Of a stretch of 53,780 bases of DNA, positions 22,206 through 31,936 are shown one piece after another. Position numbers and translations under genes: made by a program. The notes under the pieces are model-generated. The model did no database searches. It saw only the letters and a program-made list of their open reading frames with translations, and was not told the DNA's origin. Source of the stretch: an uncultured Desulfovibrio sp. (GTDB lineage Bacteria; Desulfobacterota; Desulfovibrionia; Desulfovibrionales; Desulfovibrionaceae); contig CAZWGJ010000002.1 of the NCBI GenBank assembly GCA_964633375.1, positions 1 to 53,780 on the forward strand. The letters are read 5' to 3'. Within the stretch, counting starts at the first letter, position 1. Every line of letters begins with the position of its first letter.

Positions 22206-23321
22206 ATGGATAAAACAAAACAACCGCTTCTCAGGCATCTCAACTGGATTCTGCTGGGCTGCACCCTGGCGCTCTTCCTGGTAGGGGAAATCAACCTCGT
22301 CTCTGCCAGCGGAGCCAGGCTTGAGGCCGGCATCATGCAGACCAGCTTCTACCAGCGCCAGCTCATCTGGGGGCTCATCGGCCTTGTCTGCATGACCTGC
22401 GTCATCTGCTTTGACTACAATAAGCTGGTGCGCGTCAGCTGGTATTTTTACGGCATAACGCTCATTCTGCTCATACTGGTGCCCATAGCAGGAACGACGG
22501 TCTATGGTGCAAAGCGCTGGCTGTCTCTCGGCTCTTTTAGCATACAGCCCTCGGAGATGGCCAAATTTGCCCTGCTGCTGGTGACCGCCAAAATCCTCAG
22601 CACCAGGACCGAGGCCCTGGGCTGGAAGGATTTTGGCATCATCCTGCTGGTGGCAGCTCCGCCCCTGCTTCTCATCCTCAAGCAGCCGGACTTGGGCTCC
22701 GCCCTCATGCTCATCTTCATCGTGGGCGGCATGGTTGTCTTCCACGGCCTCAAGGCCTCCATTGTGGGCGTCTCTGTGCTGGCACTGCCATGCATTGCCG
22801 CCTTCATGTGGTTTGTCGGCATGCACGACTACCAGCGCCAGCGCATCCTGACCTTTATTGCGCCGGAGGACGACCCGCTCGGAAGCGGCTACCATATCCT
22901 GCAGTCCATCATAGCCATAGGCTCCGGACAGCTCTGGGGCAAGGGCTTTGCCCAGGGCTCCCAGTCCCAGCTTCGCTTCCTGCCCGAACGCCACTCAGAC
23001 TTTGCCCTGGCTGTCTTCGGGGAAGAATGGGGCTATGTGGGATGCGTTGTCCTAATCGGCCTCTTTGTCCTCTTCATGATGGCCATACTGACCACCATCA
23101 TCCAGTCCAAGGACCGCTTTGGCTCCATGCTCTGCGTCGGCGTCTTCTTCTATTTCTTTGCAGAAATTTCCATCAACATGGGCATGGTCGTGGGCCTGAT
23201 GCCGGTCGTGGGCATCCCGCTGCCGTTTATCAGCTACGGAGGGTCTGCCACCATCATCAACTTTACCCTCGTTGGCCTGGTCCTGGGCATCTCCATGCGC
23301 AGGAAAATCCTGCACAGGTAA
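22206..23321 (+). CDS. rodA: Rod shape-determining SEDS glycosyltransferase RodA
   Basis: GAKRWL, QPSE, QPDLG, GSGYHILQS, FLPERHSDF and PLPFISYGGS. Confidence 0.96.
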   Translation: MDKTKQPLLRHLNWILLGCTLALFLVGEINLVSASGARLEAGIMQTSFYQRQLIWGLIGLVCMTCVICFDYNKLVRVSWYFYGITLILLILVPIAGTTVYGAKRWLSLGSFSIQPSEMAKFALLLVTAKILSTRTEALGWKDFGIILLVAAPPLLLILKQPDLGSALMLIFIVGGMVVFHGLKASIVGVSVLALPCIAAFMWFVGMHDYQRQRILTFIAPEDDPLGSGYHILQSIIAIGSGQLWGKGFAQGSQSQLRFLPERHSDFALAVFGEEWGYVGCVVLIGLFVLFMMAILTTIIQSKDRFGSMLCVGVFFYFFAEISINMGMVVGLMPVVGIPLPFISYGGSATIINFTLVGLVLGISMRRKILHR

Positions 23322-23334
23322 GCAGCAGGGGCTT

Positions 23335-23790
23335 ACTTGAAGGACCTGAAGGATGCCGGCGGACGCATCGCCAAATTCGACATGGGCACTGCTGCTCCCT
23401 GCACTGCGGAATGGGCTACGTCTGGGACATCACGGATGAGCATGAACTTGATGTCTGCGGCAAGTACATCTGGCCCAGGGTCCAGGGCACGGACGAGACG
23501 CTGACCGCGGGCGACAGGTTTGAGCTTGACGACATGGACTCCTCCCGTGTGCGCTTTGACGCCGGATACACCTACAAGGGCTCTGAGCGCTTCAATTCTT
23601 ATGTCGGCGCAGCATGGGAGCCTGAATTTGCCGGCTCCTGCGAGTCCACTGCCTTTGACTGCAACGTGGCCGCCCCGAGCTTTGAGGGGGGACACCGGCA
23701 TGGGCGAACTTGGGCTGACCATGACGCTTTCCAAGGACCTGACCCTTTCCGTCAATCTGGGCGTCCAGGGCTTTGCATTGCATTTCCGGC
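23335..23790 (+). pseudogene. Frameshifted remnant of an autotransporter beta-barrel C-terminus
   Basis: Pieces in different frames: KDLKDAGGRIAKFD / SLHCGMGYVWDITDEHELDVCGKYIW..YVGAAWEPEFAG..APSFEG / GDTGMGELGLTM..SVNLGVQGF. No start, no passenger domain, no terminal Phe strand. Confidence 0.75.
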
Positions 23791-23874
23791 AGCTGCCTTG
23801 TCAAGTACGAGTCCTAGGCACTGACTCTGCTGCCCACTGCTTTAAACAGGGGATGCAGTTCCCATGGGATTCCA

Positions 23875-23924
23875 AGCCCCCTTCCCGGCTGCGATGCCGC
23901 GTGCCGGGAAGGGGGTCTTCTTTT
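23875..23924 (+). terminator. Intrinsic terminator-like hairpin
   Basis: GCCCCCTTCCCGGC...GCCGGGAAGGGGGT followed by CTTCTTTT. Confidence 0.7.
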
Positions 23925-24011
23925 GCAGCAGAATAAAAAAGCCGTTCATCACGGCAGCCCGCAGGATGCCAGGACCTTTTCACAAACGTTTGCGGCAGAT
24001 ACTTCAAATTC

Positions 24012-24029
24012 TTGTGACTATTATCACAA
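24012..24029. promoter_or_regulatory. TTGTGA-N6-TCACAA palindrome (CRP/HcpR-type or Rex-type operator) upstream of nrfH
   Basis: TTGTGA CTATTA TCACAA, about 120 bp upstream of the nrfH start. Confidence 0.75.
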
Positions 24030-24146
24030 CGCATCTCACCCGATCGTCCCTGACTGGCTTGCTCCCAAAAAATCAGAAATGTTATGCTCTGTCCAAACAA
24101 GTAACAGAATCACATCAGGAGGATTCTTGTTACAAGGAGGAGACAT

Positions 24147-24617
24147 ATGAGCACACCCTGCAAGGGATCCCCTTTCAAAATTTTACTGGTGGGTCTTATC
24201 GCGGGTGTCATACTGGTTGGCCTTTCAGCCTATGCCATGCGGATTACGGACTCCCGCCCGTTCTGCGGTTCCTGTCATGTCATGCAGGAAGCCGCGCTGA
24301 CACACAAGCTGTCATCGCATGCGTCTTTAGCCTGCAATGAATGCCATGCGCCTCACAACCTGATGGCCAAGCTTCCATTCAAGGCAAAAGAAGGACTGCG
24401 CGACTTCGTAGCCAATATGCAAGGTCATGAAGCACCGCTTCTTCCCAGTATTACAACACGCGATGTCATTAACGAAAACTGCAAGTCCTGCCATGTCGAT
24501 ACCAACAAGGACGTGGCCAGCATGGACGCCAAGCCGTACTGCGTAGACTGCCACCGCAATCTGGCTCACATGCGCAGCAAGCCTGTCAGCACAAGGATGG
24601 TTGCCGATGAAAAGTAA
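24147..24617 (+). CDS. nrfH: Cytochrome c nitrite reductase small subunit (NapC/NirT family)
   Basis: N-terminal TM and four CxxCH motifs (CGSCH, CNECH, CKSCH, CVDCH). AAGGAGG RBS. Confidence 0.95.
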   Translation: MSTPCKGSPFKILLVGLIAGVILVGLSAYAMRITDSRPFCGSCHVMQEAALTHKLSSHASLACNECHAPHNLMAKLPFKAKEGLRDFVANMQGHEAPLLPSITTRDVINENCKSCHVDTNKDVASMDAKPYCVDCHRNLAHMRSKPVSTRMVADEK

Positions 24618-26169
24618 CATAGTAAACAGTACGCTAGCAGTCATGCTGTTGTTAGGCGCACCAGTTATCAGCGGCTGCGATGATGTAACCACAGAACTGA
24701 AGACTCCTGTCTACAACACCTCCATCGCCAAGGACGACACCAAAATGTCTTCCTTTGAGAAGGACTTCCCCCTTCAGTACAAGTCCTACATGAAGAACAA
24801 CGAAAGCACTGTCATGACCGAGTACAAGGGATCTGTTCCCTTCCACAAGAATGACAATGTCAACGGTCTGCCCACCGGCTTCAAGTACGCCCAGCCGTAC
24901 CTGAAGAACCTCTGGCTCGGCTACCCCTTCATGTACGAGTACAATGAAGCCCGCGGCCACACGCATGCCGTCGAGGACTTCGTCAACATCGACCGCATCA
25001 ACCGCTACGCTGAAAAGGGCGGCCTGCCCTCCACCTGCTGGAACTGCAAGACTCCCAAGCTGATGAACTGGGTCGGCGAATACGGCGACTCCTTCTGGAC
25101 CAAGGACGTCAACACCTTCCGTGCTCCTGAAAGCATCAACATGAAGGAAGAGTCCATCAGCTGCCCCACCTGCCATGATCCCAAGTCCATGGAGCTGCGC
25201 CCCTACTCCGAGCCCCTCAAGGACTGGCTCAAGCGCAGCGGCAAGGACTGGAACAAGCTGAGCCGCAACGAAAAGCGCACCCTGGTCTGCGCCCAGTGCC
25301 ACGTGGAATACTACTTCACGCACAAGGACAACGGTCCTGCCGGCCGTCCTGTCTTCCCCTGGGACAACGGCATGGGACCCGAGGAAATCTACCAGTACTA
25401 CAAGACTCACGGCGCCAAGGATGCCAACGGCAACCAGACTCCGTTCTTTGACTGGGTCCACGCTGCCTCCAAGATTCCTATGATCAAGATGCAGCATCCT
25501 GAGTACGAAACCTTCCAGGACGGTCCCCACGGCGCTGCCGGCGTCTCCTGCGCCGACTGCCACATGCCCTACATGCGCGAGGGCGGCAAGAAGTACTCCA
25601 GCCACTGGATGACCTCTCCCCTCAAGGATCCCGATCTCAAGGCATGCCGCCAGTGCCACGCCGACAAGACCGCAGACTTCCTGCGCAGCCGCGTCCACTA
25701 CATCCAGGAAAAGTCCTTTGCCCAGCTGCTCAAGGCTCAGGAAGTTTCCGTGCGCGCCCATGAGGCTGTCCGCCTGGCCAAGGCCTATGCAGGCGAAAAG
25801 GCTGAAAACTACGACGCCCTCCTGGCCGAGGCCTGCGAGCTCGTCCGCAAGGGCCAGCTCTTCTGGGACTACGTGTCCGCCGAAAACAGCATCGGCTTCC
25901 ACAACCCCACCAAGACCTTTGACACTCTGATGAAGTCCGCCGAATACAGCAGCAAGGCTGTCGAGCTCTGCGAGCAGGCCACCAAGTTCGGCATCTCCCC
26001 CGCTCTCGCCGGCGACATTCAGAAGATTGTCCCCCCCATTCTGGAACACAGCCGCAAACTGCAGCAGGATGCCAAGCATCTTGAGTCCAATCCGTGGCTG
26101 AAGCTCCTGCCTGTCCTGCCTCCGGCAGAAAAGGTGTGGGACGGACAGACCAAGGTTTCCGCCAAGTAA
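24607..26169 (+). CDS. nrfA: Ammonia-forming cytochrome c nitrite reductase catalytic subunit
   Basis: Catalytic CWNCK heme plus CPTCH, CAQCH, CADCH and CRQCH. KMQHPEYE, AENSIGFH and a lipobox-like ISGC. Confidence 0.97.
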   Translation: MKSNIVNSTLAVMLLLGAPVISGCDDVTTELKTPVYNTSIAKDDTKMSSFEKDFPLQYKSYMKNNESTVMTEYKGSVPFHKNDNVNGLPTGFKYAQPYLKNLWLGYPFMYEYNEARGHTHAVEDFVNIDRINRYAEKGGLPSTCWNCKTPKLMNWVGEYGDSFWTKDVNTFRAPESINMKEESISCPTCHDPKSMELRPYSEPLKDWLKRSGKDWNKLSRNEKRTLVCAQCHVEYYFTHKDNGPAGRPVFPWDNGMGPEEIYQYYKTHGAKDANGNQTPFFDWVHAASKIPMIKMQHPEYETFQDGPHGAAGVSCADCHMPYMREGGKKYSSHWMTSPLKDPDLKACRQCHADKTADFLRSRVHYIQEKSFAQLLKAQEVSVRAHEAVRLAKAYAGEKAENYDALLAEACELVRKGQLFWDYVSAENSIGFHNPTKTFDTLMKSAEYSSKAVELCEQATKFGISPALAGDIQKIVPPILEHSRKLQQDAKHLESNPWLKLLPVLPPAEKVWDGQTKVSAK

Positions 26170-26198
26170 GACACCATCCTTTTAAGCATGTACTTGCC

Positions 26199-26235
26199 GG
26201 TCCCTCCCAGCCTCAAGGCTGAGGGGGGCCTTTTT
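26199..26235 (+). terminator. nrfHA terminator
   Basis: GGTCCCTCCCAGCC / GGCTGAGGGGGGCC followed by TTTTT. Confidence 0.8.
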
Positions 26236-26480
26236 CATGTCCTGTGAACCAGTGTTTTCCCAACTGCTTGATTGAAACTGATTGCCGGATATGATAGTCA
26301 GAATGCTACTATATCAGCCTGACCATGTTGTTCCGGCTGGTTTCCAACAGGGATTTTTCCAGGCCGTGACTGGGGCTTTTTCCCCCATGCAAAGCAGGGG
26401 GCGGCAATCGGCCTGAAGCCTTTCCAGTCATGCGTCATCCTGCATTTTGCACTGCATTTTTTTCTATGAGGTACTCTCCA

Positions 26481-27497
26481 ATGGCTAAAGTTCGCGTAGG
26501 CATCAATGGTTTTGGTCGTATCGGCAGACAGGTTTTCCGTGCTCTCCATCAGAGCTATCGCGACCGCGTGGAAGTAGTCGCCCTCAATGATCTCTACGAT
26601 GCGAAAACCAACTTCCAGCTCGCCGAGTACGACTCCTGCTACGGCCGTGCCAACCTCAACGCCGAGGTTGACGGCCAGGAAGTCAAGGTTGGCGACTGGA
26701 ACATTCACTGCTTTGCCGAGCGTGATCCCAAGAATCTCGACTGGGGCAAGTACGGCGTTGACGTCGTTGTGGAAAGCACCGGCCTCTTCCGTGAAGGCCC
26801 CAAGGCCCATGTCCATCTGGACAACGGCGCCAAGAAGGTCATCATCTCCGCTCCTGCCAAGGGCGAGGATCTCACCCTGGTCATGGGCGTGAACAGCGAC
26901 CAGTACGATCCCAAGAAGCACCACATCGTGTCCAATGCCTCCTGCACCACCAACTGCCTGGCTCCCCTCGCCCTGGTTCTGCACAAGAACTTCGGCATCA
27001 AGCTGGGCAACATGGTGACCGTGCACTCCTACACCAACGACCAGCGCATCCTGGACATGGCCCACAAGGATCCCCGCCGCGCCCGCGCCGCTGCCTGCAA
27101 CATCATCCCCACCAGCACCGGCGCCGCCAAAGCCGTTGCCAAGGTCATTCCTGAACTGGAAGGCCGCTTCTCCGGCTACTCCCTGCGCGTGCCCACCCCC
27201 ACCGTCTCCATCGTTGACTTCACCGCCATCGTGGAGAAAGCCACCACGGCCGAGGAAGTCAATGCCGCTCTGAAGGAAGCCGAAAAGACCTACCTCAAGG
27301 GCATCCTGGGCACCAACGAGCTTCCCCTCGTCTCCATGGACTTCAAGGGCGATCCCCGTTCCTCCATTGTTGAGCTTGAGTACACCGCCGTCCAGGAAGG
27401 CACCCTCATCAAGAGCGTGTCCTGGTATGACAACGAATGGGGCTACTCCAATCGCGTCTGCGATGTGTGCTGCATGATGGCTGACGCCGGCTTCTAA
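26481..27497 (+). CDS. gap: Type I glyceraldehyde-3-phosphate dehydrogenase
   Basis: [27 protein letters not shown] and WYDNEWGYS. Confidence 0.98.
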   Translation: MAKVRVGINGFGRIGRQVFRALHQSYRDRVEVVALNDLYDAKTNFQLAEYDSCYGRANLNAEVDGQEVKVGDWNIHCFAERDPKNLDWGKYGVDVVVESTGLFREGPKAHVHLDNGAKKVIISAPAKGEDLTLVMGVNSDQYDPKKHHIVSNASCTTNCLAPLALVLHKNFGIKLGNMVTVHSYTNDQRILDMAHKDPRRARAAACNIIPTSTGAAKAVAKVIPELEGRFSGYSLRVPTPTVSIVDFTAIVEKATTAEEVNAALKEAEKTYLKGILGTNELPLVSMDFKGDPRSSIVELEYTAVQEGTLIKSVSWYDNEWGYSNRVCDVCCMMADAGF

Positions 27498-27533
27498 TCA
27501 GGCATTCAATACGTAAAGATACTCCCTTTCAGC

Positions 27534-27573
27534 AGAGAGGCAGTCCATTGACCTGGGCTGCCTCTCTTTTTTT
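27534..27573 (+). terminator. gap terminator
   Basis: AGAGAGGCAGTCCA / TGGGCTGCCTCTCT followed by a T-run. Confidence 0.85.
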
Positions 27574-27639
27574 CCCGCCTCACAGGACTTTCAATGGCCA
27601 TGCCGGCCAACTCGGCTCCATAGAAAACTGAAAATCTAA

Positions 27640-27690
27640 AAACTTTTCAAAAAAAGTTGTTGACACAACACAAAAGAAAGCATAGTTCTT
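27640..27690 (+). promoter_or_regulatory. Sigma70-type promoter with an A-rich UP-like element
   Basis: AAAAAAAGTTG then a perfect TTGACA (27660-27665). The -10 element is approximate (CATAGT/TAGTTC). Confidence 0.6.
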
Positions 27691-27758
27691 ACTCCGGAGA
27701 CCACAACAAGGTCGGACAAACTTTTAAACTTAACTCACGGTAAATGGAGAACTTATCT

Positions 27759-28580
27759 ATGAAATCCATGCTTTCTATCCCCGCAGCAGCCGAGGCTGCA
27801 TCTTCCGCTTCCTCTGTCGATGATATCGCAAAAAATTCTGACAAGAATGTCAAAAGCCAGGCTAAAAGGAAGTTCTCTTCCGACTACTTCCTGGTCCTCA
27901 GCGAGGACATCAGCAGCGCCGACATAGAGCTGGAAGACGAGGTCTTTTCCGGCTTCGAGATGGTCGTCCTGCTCCTTGATGAAATTGAGGACTACATGCG
28001 CAACCGCCGCGGCACCATCAAGGGCGTGACAAAGCTCTTTGCAAGGCGCGGCATAGAGTTTTCCGAGCGCACAGTGAAGGACTACATCACCAAAGCCAGG
28101 AAGCTGAGAAAGGGAGACGCCGGCAACGCTGTCGAAAAGCTTCGGGAGAGCATTTTCGAGGCTGCAAGAAAGTCCGGGCGGAGCGTTGCGGGCAGGGCAG
28201 CCTGCCCGAACACAACGGGCCAAGGTACTGACCTGCCCGCACCCGAGACCAGCCAGCAGACTGGCGAAGCCCTTCTCCCTCCCAGCACGGCAAAGAACGC
28301 TTCCGAAGCACCCTCTGCCAAAGACGCCCCTGCGGAAGACAGCAGGGAAGCCCACACGGCAGCCCCAAGCGAGGCAGCCGGCACTCCGGCTGATGTCGAG
28401 GACTTCTGCCTGCCTGGTGCAGACTGGCTGGATGAAGCCGTCAGACAGGCTTTTGACGATGGAGGGGCTCTCCAGCCTGAGCAGGCCGCTGAAGGCGACA
28501 AGCAGGCAGCAGGCGCAGCATCAGCTGCAAAGGGCAAAGCAGGCAGAAAGCACAACAAGCGCCGCCCGCAACGCCGTTAA
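27759..28580 (+). CDS. Hypothetical protein with a central HTH-like segment and a long disordered C-terminus
   Basis: GGAGA RBS before ATG 27759. TIKGVTKLFARRGIEFSERTVKDYITKARK, Ala/Pro/Glu-rich linker and basic tail. Confidence 0.7.
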   Translation: MKSMLSIPAAAEAASSASSVDDIAKNSDKNVKSQAKRKFSSDYFLVLSEDISSADIELEDEVFSGFEMVVLLLDEIEDYMRNRRGTIKGVTKLFARRGIEFSERTVKDYITKARKLRKGDAGNAVEKLRESIFEAARKSGRSVAGRAACPNTTGQGTDLPAPETSQQTGEALLPPSTAKNASEAPSAKDAPAEDSREAHTAAPSEAAGTPADVEDFCLPGADWLDEAVRQAFDDGGALQPEQAAEGDKQAAGAASAAKGKAGRKHNKRRPQRR

Positions 28581-28629
28581 AACGCCGCCGGCATCTTTTG
28601 GGGCTTTTCATCTCCTCTTCCCCCAATAA

Positions 28630-28775
28630 CGCCGGCCGGCAGGCAGGTGCCCGTTTCGCTGGATCTCGTGCACCTGCCTGGTGCGGCGCAAAAAAAAGGG
28701 GGCCTTCCTCCTGTTCCTCTGCCGGCGGCCTGCTGCAGCAAGCCCGCTGAGAGATGACAGGACGAAGGTCCCCTT
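28630..28775. other. Two consecutive long hairpins in a convergent intergenic region (terminator and/or structured RNA)
   Basis: CAGGCAGGTGC/GCACCTGCCTG stem, an A8 linker, then an imperfect hairpin of about 80 nt (28696-28775). Confidence 0.6.
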
Positions 28776-28807
28776 AAACGTGTTTTTTGCAGGTATGCGC
28801 TTTCGCC

Positions 28808-29899
28808 CTATCTGATAAACATGGCATCCCCGTAGGAGAAGAAGCGGTAGCCCTCGGCAACAGCCGTCCTGTAGGCCTCCAAAATGCGCTCTCTGCCCAT
28901 AAGGCAGGCGACAAGCATGATCAGTGTGGAGCAGGGCAGGTGGAAGTTCGTAATCAGCCCGTCTATCACATGCACGGACTTGCCGGGATACAGGAATATG
29001 CCTGTCTCCCCCTTGAAGGGAGCAAGCTTTCCGCAGGCAGCATAGGCGCCCTCAAGAGCCCTTGCCGAGGTCGTGCCCACGGCAATCACCGGACGCCCCT
29101 CCTTCTTGGCCCTGGCTATGGCCTCCACCGTTTCTGCCGGGACATCGACATACTCTTTGTGCATGTGGTGGTCGCGGATGTCGTCGCAGCGCACAGGGCT
29201 GAAGGTCCCGTAGCCGACATACAGGGTGACCTCCTGCCATTCAAAGCCCCGCTCGGCAAGCTCAGCCTTCAACTCCCTGGTAAAGTGCAGGCCGGCTGTC
29301 GGCGCAGCCACAGAGCCCGTCTTTTCCTCCTTGGCATAGACGGTCTGGTAGCGCTCCTTGTCGCTGCTTTCCGGCTGCCTGCGGATATAGGGCGGCAGGG
29401 GGATCTGCCCTGCCCCTTCAAAAACCTTCAACAGGTCGCCCTGCCAGCACAAGGTGACATTCCATCTGCCAAACTCTTGCTGCTCTTCCAGGCGCAGATT
29501 CAGGACGCCAAAGTCCAGCTGCTCTCCCGGCTTCAGCCGTCCGCCTGCCTTCAAGAGCCCCTCGGCCTCAGCGGTCTGCTCTCCGGAGGCTTTTCCCTCT
29601 GCCTTGGCCAGCAGCACGGGCAGGGGAGTCAGCAGCAGAAATTCGACCTTGCCGCCTGTTGAGCGCAGCCCCTTGAGCCTGGCTGGAAGAACACGGCTGT
29701 TGTTGGCGACAAGCAGGGCGCCCTTGGGCAGGATGTCCGGCAGCTCTTTGAACTGCCTGTGCTCAGGGTGCAGCTCGCCCTCGCGCTGCACCACCATAAG
29801 GCGGGAGGCTCCGCGCTCCTTGGGCGGCTCCTGGGCTATCTGCTCCGGCGGCAGCTCATAGTCGTAACTGGAAAGCAAAAAATCCGATTTCTCTGACAT
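28808..29899 (-). CDS. queA: S-adenosylmethionine:tRNA ribosyltransferase-isomerase
   Basis: YDYELPPEQIAQ, PLPPYIRR, YQTVYA, GSVAAPTAGLHFT, AVGTTS, TNFHLP and YRFFSYGDAM. Confidence 0.97.
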   Translation of the reverse strand: MSEKSDFLLSSYDYELPPEQIAQEPPKERGASRLMVVQREGELHPEHRQFKELPDILPKGALLVANNSRVLPARLKGLRSTGGKVEFLLLTPLPVLLAKAEGKASGEQTAEAEGLLKAGGRLKPGEQLDFGVLNLRLEEQQEFGRWNVTLCWQGDLLKVFEGAGQIPLPPYIRRQPESSDKERYQTVYAKEEKTGSVAAPTAGLHFTRELKAELAERGFEWQEVTLYVGYGTFSPVRCDDIRDHHMHKEYVDVPAETVEAIARAKKEGRPVIAVGTTSARALEGAYAACGKLAPFKGETGIFLYPGKSVHVIDGLITNFHLPCSTLIMLVACLMGRERILEAYRTAVAEGYRFFSYGDAMFIR

Positions 29900-30058
29900 A
29901 ACGTGTGACCTCAGCCAATACCTCAGCCGACCGGGACCAGGGCCTGGCGCGCCTGGAAGCCCCTTTGGGACAGCTTGCTTCAAACAAGCTAGTGAGATAC
30001 TCTTTTTAGTTCGATATTGTCTAATTTCATGCTGAACGCAACGCGGGAGAAATACGCT

Positions 30059-30685
30059 ATGCACAGACTGCTTGTCACGCTCCTTCTGCTGCTGACGGGG
30101 TTAGGCTCGGGCTGCACGGGCTATGTAAACCCCCTGACCGGAACAACCCTGAGCGGCGGCGTGCCCGCCACGCAGAGCCGCCTGCTTGGCGTGCGTCTTC
30201 CCAGCGGCATGGAATGCATTCCGGACCACTGCAAAATCACTGGCTCAGACGGGCTTGAAATCGTGCGCGGCGACGCCAGCCCCGCCCTCTGCGCCCAGGT
30301 CATCACCAACGGACTGAAGGATCAGGGCTGGACGCTGCGCCTGGGGACGGCTGCCGGCAAGCGTGCCAACTACGTCTTTGAAAACGCAGGCAGGACGGCT
30401 TCCATCACTATAGAGCCGCAGACAGGCACCACCATGACGCTGGTCACCATCTCCACCAGCTCCTCTGCACCTGGCGATGTGCCCCTGCCCACAGCCAGCC
30501 AGAGTTCAGGCTTCTTCAACTTCTCCAAGTCAGACAGCGGCAGCGCAGGCTACTCCGGCTCTTCCGGCACCTCTGCGCCGTCCGGCTTTGACGACTCCTC
30601 CTCTGCGCCTATTTCAACAGCACCCCTGTCCACCGCGCCCCAGCCGGCGTCATCCGGCGGCGGCATAGTCGGCAGGGACATCTAG
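30059..30685 (+). CDS. Putative lipoprotein with a Ser-rich C-terminal tail
   Basis: MHRLLVTLLLLLTGLGSG-C lipobox and GGGAG RBS. Confidence 0.75.
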   Translation: MHRLLVTLLLLLTGLGSGCTGYVNPLTGTTLSGGVPATQSRLLGVRLPSGMECIPDHCKITGSDGLEIVRGDASPALCAQVITNGLKDQGWTLRLGTAAGKRANYVFENAGRTASITIEPQTGTTMTLVTISTSSSAPGDVPLPTASQSSGFFNFSKSDSGSAGYSGSSGTSAPSGFDDSSSAPISTAPLSTAPQPASSGGGIVGRDI

Positions 30686-30691
30686 CCGGCC

Positions 30692-31936
30692 ATGGATGCG
30701 ATCACCATTCTGCGCGGCCTCACCCGCCTGCACAACAAAAGGCTGCATTTAGGCGTAGCAGGCTCAGTCTCCTGCTACAAGTCCTGCGATCTGCTGCGGC
30801 ACCTGCTGGCTCTCGGCATTCACGTCTCAGCCACGCTCACACCCGGCGCCAGGCACTTTGTCTCGCCTCTGCTGTTCTCCTCCCTTGGAGCTGCACCGGT
30901 CTACGGGGATATGTTCACAGGCGAGGAGCCCTTCGCCCATCTGGAGCCGGGGCAGACCTGCCAGGCGCTCCTTGTCTGCCCTGCCTCGGCATCCCTCCTT
31001 GCCCGCATGGCACAGGGCCTGGCATCAGACATGCTGGCAGCCCAGATCCTTGCCTTTTCAGGCCCCGTTGCCGTGGCACCTGCCATGAACTGCCGCATGT
31101 GGGACAATGCAGCGACAAAAGCCAATGTCGAGACGCTGAAGTCGCGCAATGTAGCAATCATTGAGCCGGGATCCGGCACCCTTGCCTGCGGGGCGCAGGG
31201 ACAGGGGCGCCTTGCCGAGACTCCCGTCATCCTGGCGCAGGCCCTGCGCCTGCTTGCAGAACAGGACATGGCAGCAGAATCGGTGCTGGTGACGCTTGGA
31301 CCCACCAGGGAGCCCTGGGACGGCGTGCGCTTCTGGTCCAATCCCTCTACAGGAACCATGGGCGCAGCCATAGCGCTCTGCGCCTGGCTGCGGGGCGCCT
31401 CAGTCGAGGTTGTGGCAGGACCAGGGACTGATGCCGGACTTCTGCCAGCCCTGCCAGGGATGACCGTACATAAAGTCACCCGTGCCCAAGAAATGTACGA
31501 CGCTGCGGAATCCCTCTGGCCCAGGGCCACCATGGGCTTTTTCTCGGCAGCTGTCGCCGACTTCTCCCCAGTCCCCTACGGGGAGGCCAAATTCAAGAAG
31601 GACGGATGTACGGACGGCTTCAGCGTAAGCTTTACGCCCAACAAGGACATCCTGCGCAGTATGGCCGCCCGCCGCGCCAAGGGGCAGAAGCTGCTCGGCT
31701 TTGCCGCCGAAACGGCGCCTGACATGCAGGCTCTGATGGAGCTGGCAAAGCTCAAGAGGGCAAAAAAGGACATCGACGTCCTTGCCGCCAACAGGGTCAA
31801 CAGCACCGAAACCGGCTTCGGCACGGCGACAAACGCCATGGCCGTCACGTCCAGGGACGGACGGGAAGAAATCTGGCCGCTCCAAAGCAAGGCCGACGTG
31901 GCCTGGGATTTATGCACATGGCTTTTGCACTGCTGA
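30692..31936 (+). CDS. coaBC: Phosphopantothenoylcysteine decarboxylase/ligase
   Basis: GSVSCYK, APAMN, LACG..GQGRL, GPTREPWDGVRFWSNPSTGTMG, AAVADF and GFAAET. Confidence 0.96.
   Translation: MDAITILRGLTRLHNKRLHLGVAGSVSCYKSCDLLRHLLALGIHVSATLTPGARHFVSPLLFSSLGAAPVYGDMFTGEEPFAHLEPGQTCQALLVCPASASLLARMAQGLASDMLAAQILAFSGPVAVAPAMNCRMWDNAATKANVETLKSRNVAIIEPGSGTLACGAQGQGRLAETPVILAQALRLLAEQDMAAESVLVTLGPTREPWDGVRFWSNPSTGTMGAAIALCAWLRGASVEVVAGPGTDAGLLPALPGMTVHKVTRAQEMYDAAESLWPRATMGFFSAAVADFSPVPYGEAKFKKDGCTDGFSVSFTPNKDILRSMAARRAKGQKLLGFAAETAPDMQALMELAKLKRAKKDIDVLAANRVNSTETGFGTATNAMAVTSRDGREEIWPLQSKADVAWDLCTWLLHC

Noticed and set aside
21708..22994. 428-aa minus-strand ORF
   Set aside because: Shadow of mrdA/rodA.
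22790..23824. 344-aa plus-strand ORF as a real gene
   Set aside because: The first half is an alternative frame of rodA. Only the part after about 23390 is meaningful, as the autotransporter remnant.
24652..26079. 475-aa minus-strand ORF
   Set aside because: Shadow of nrfA.
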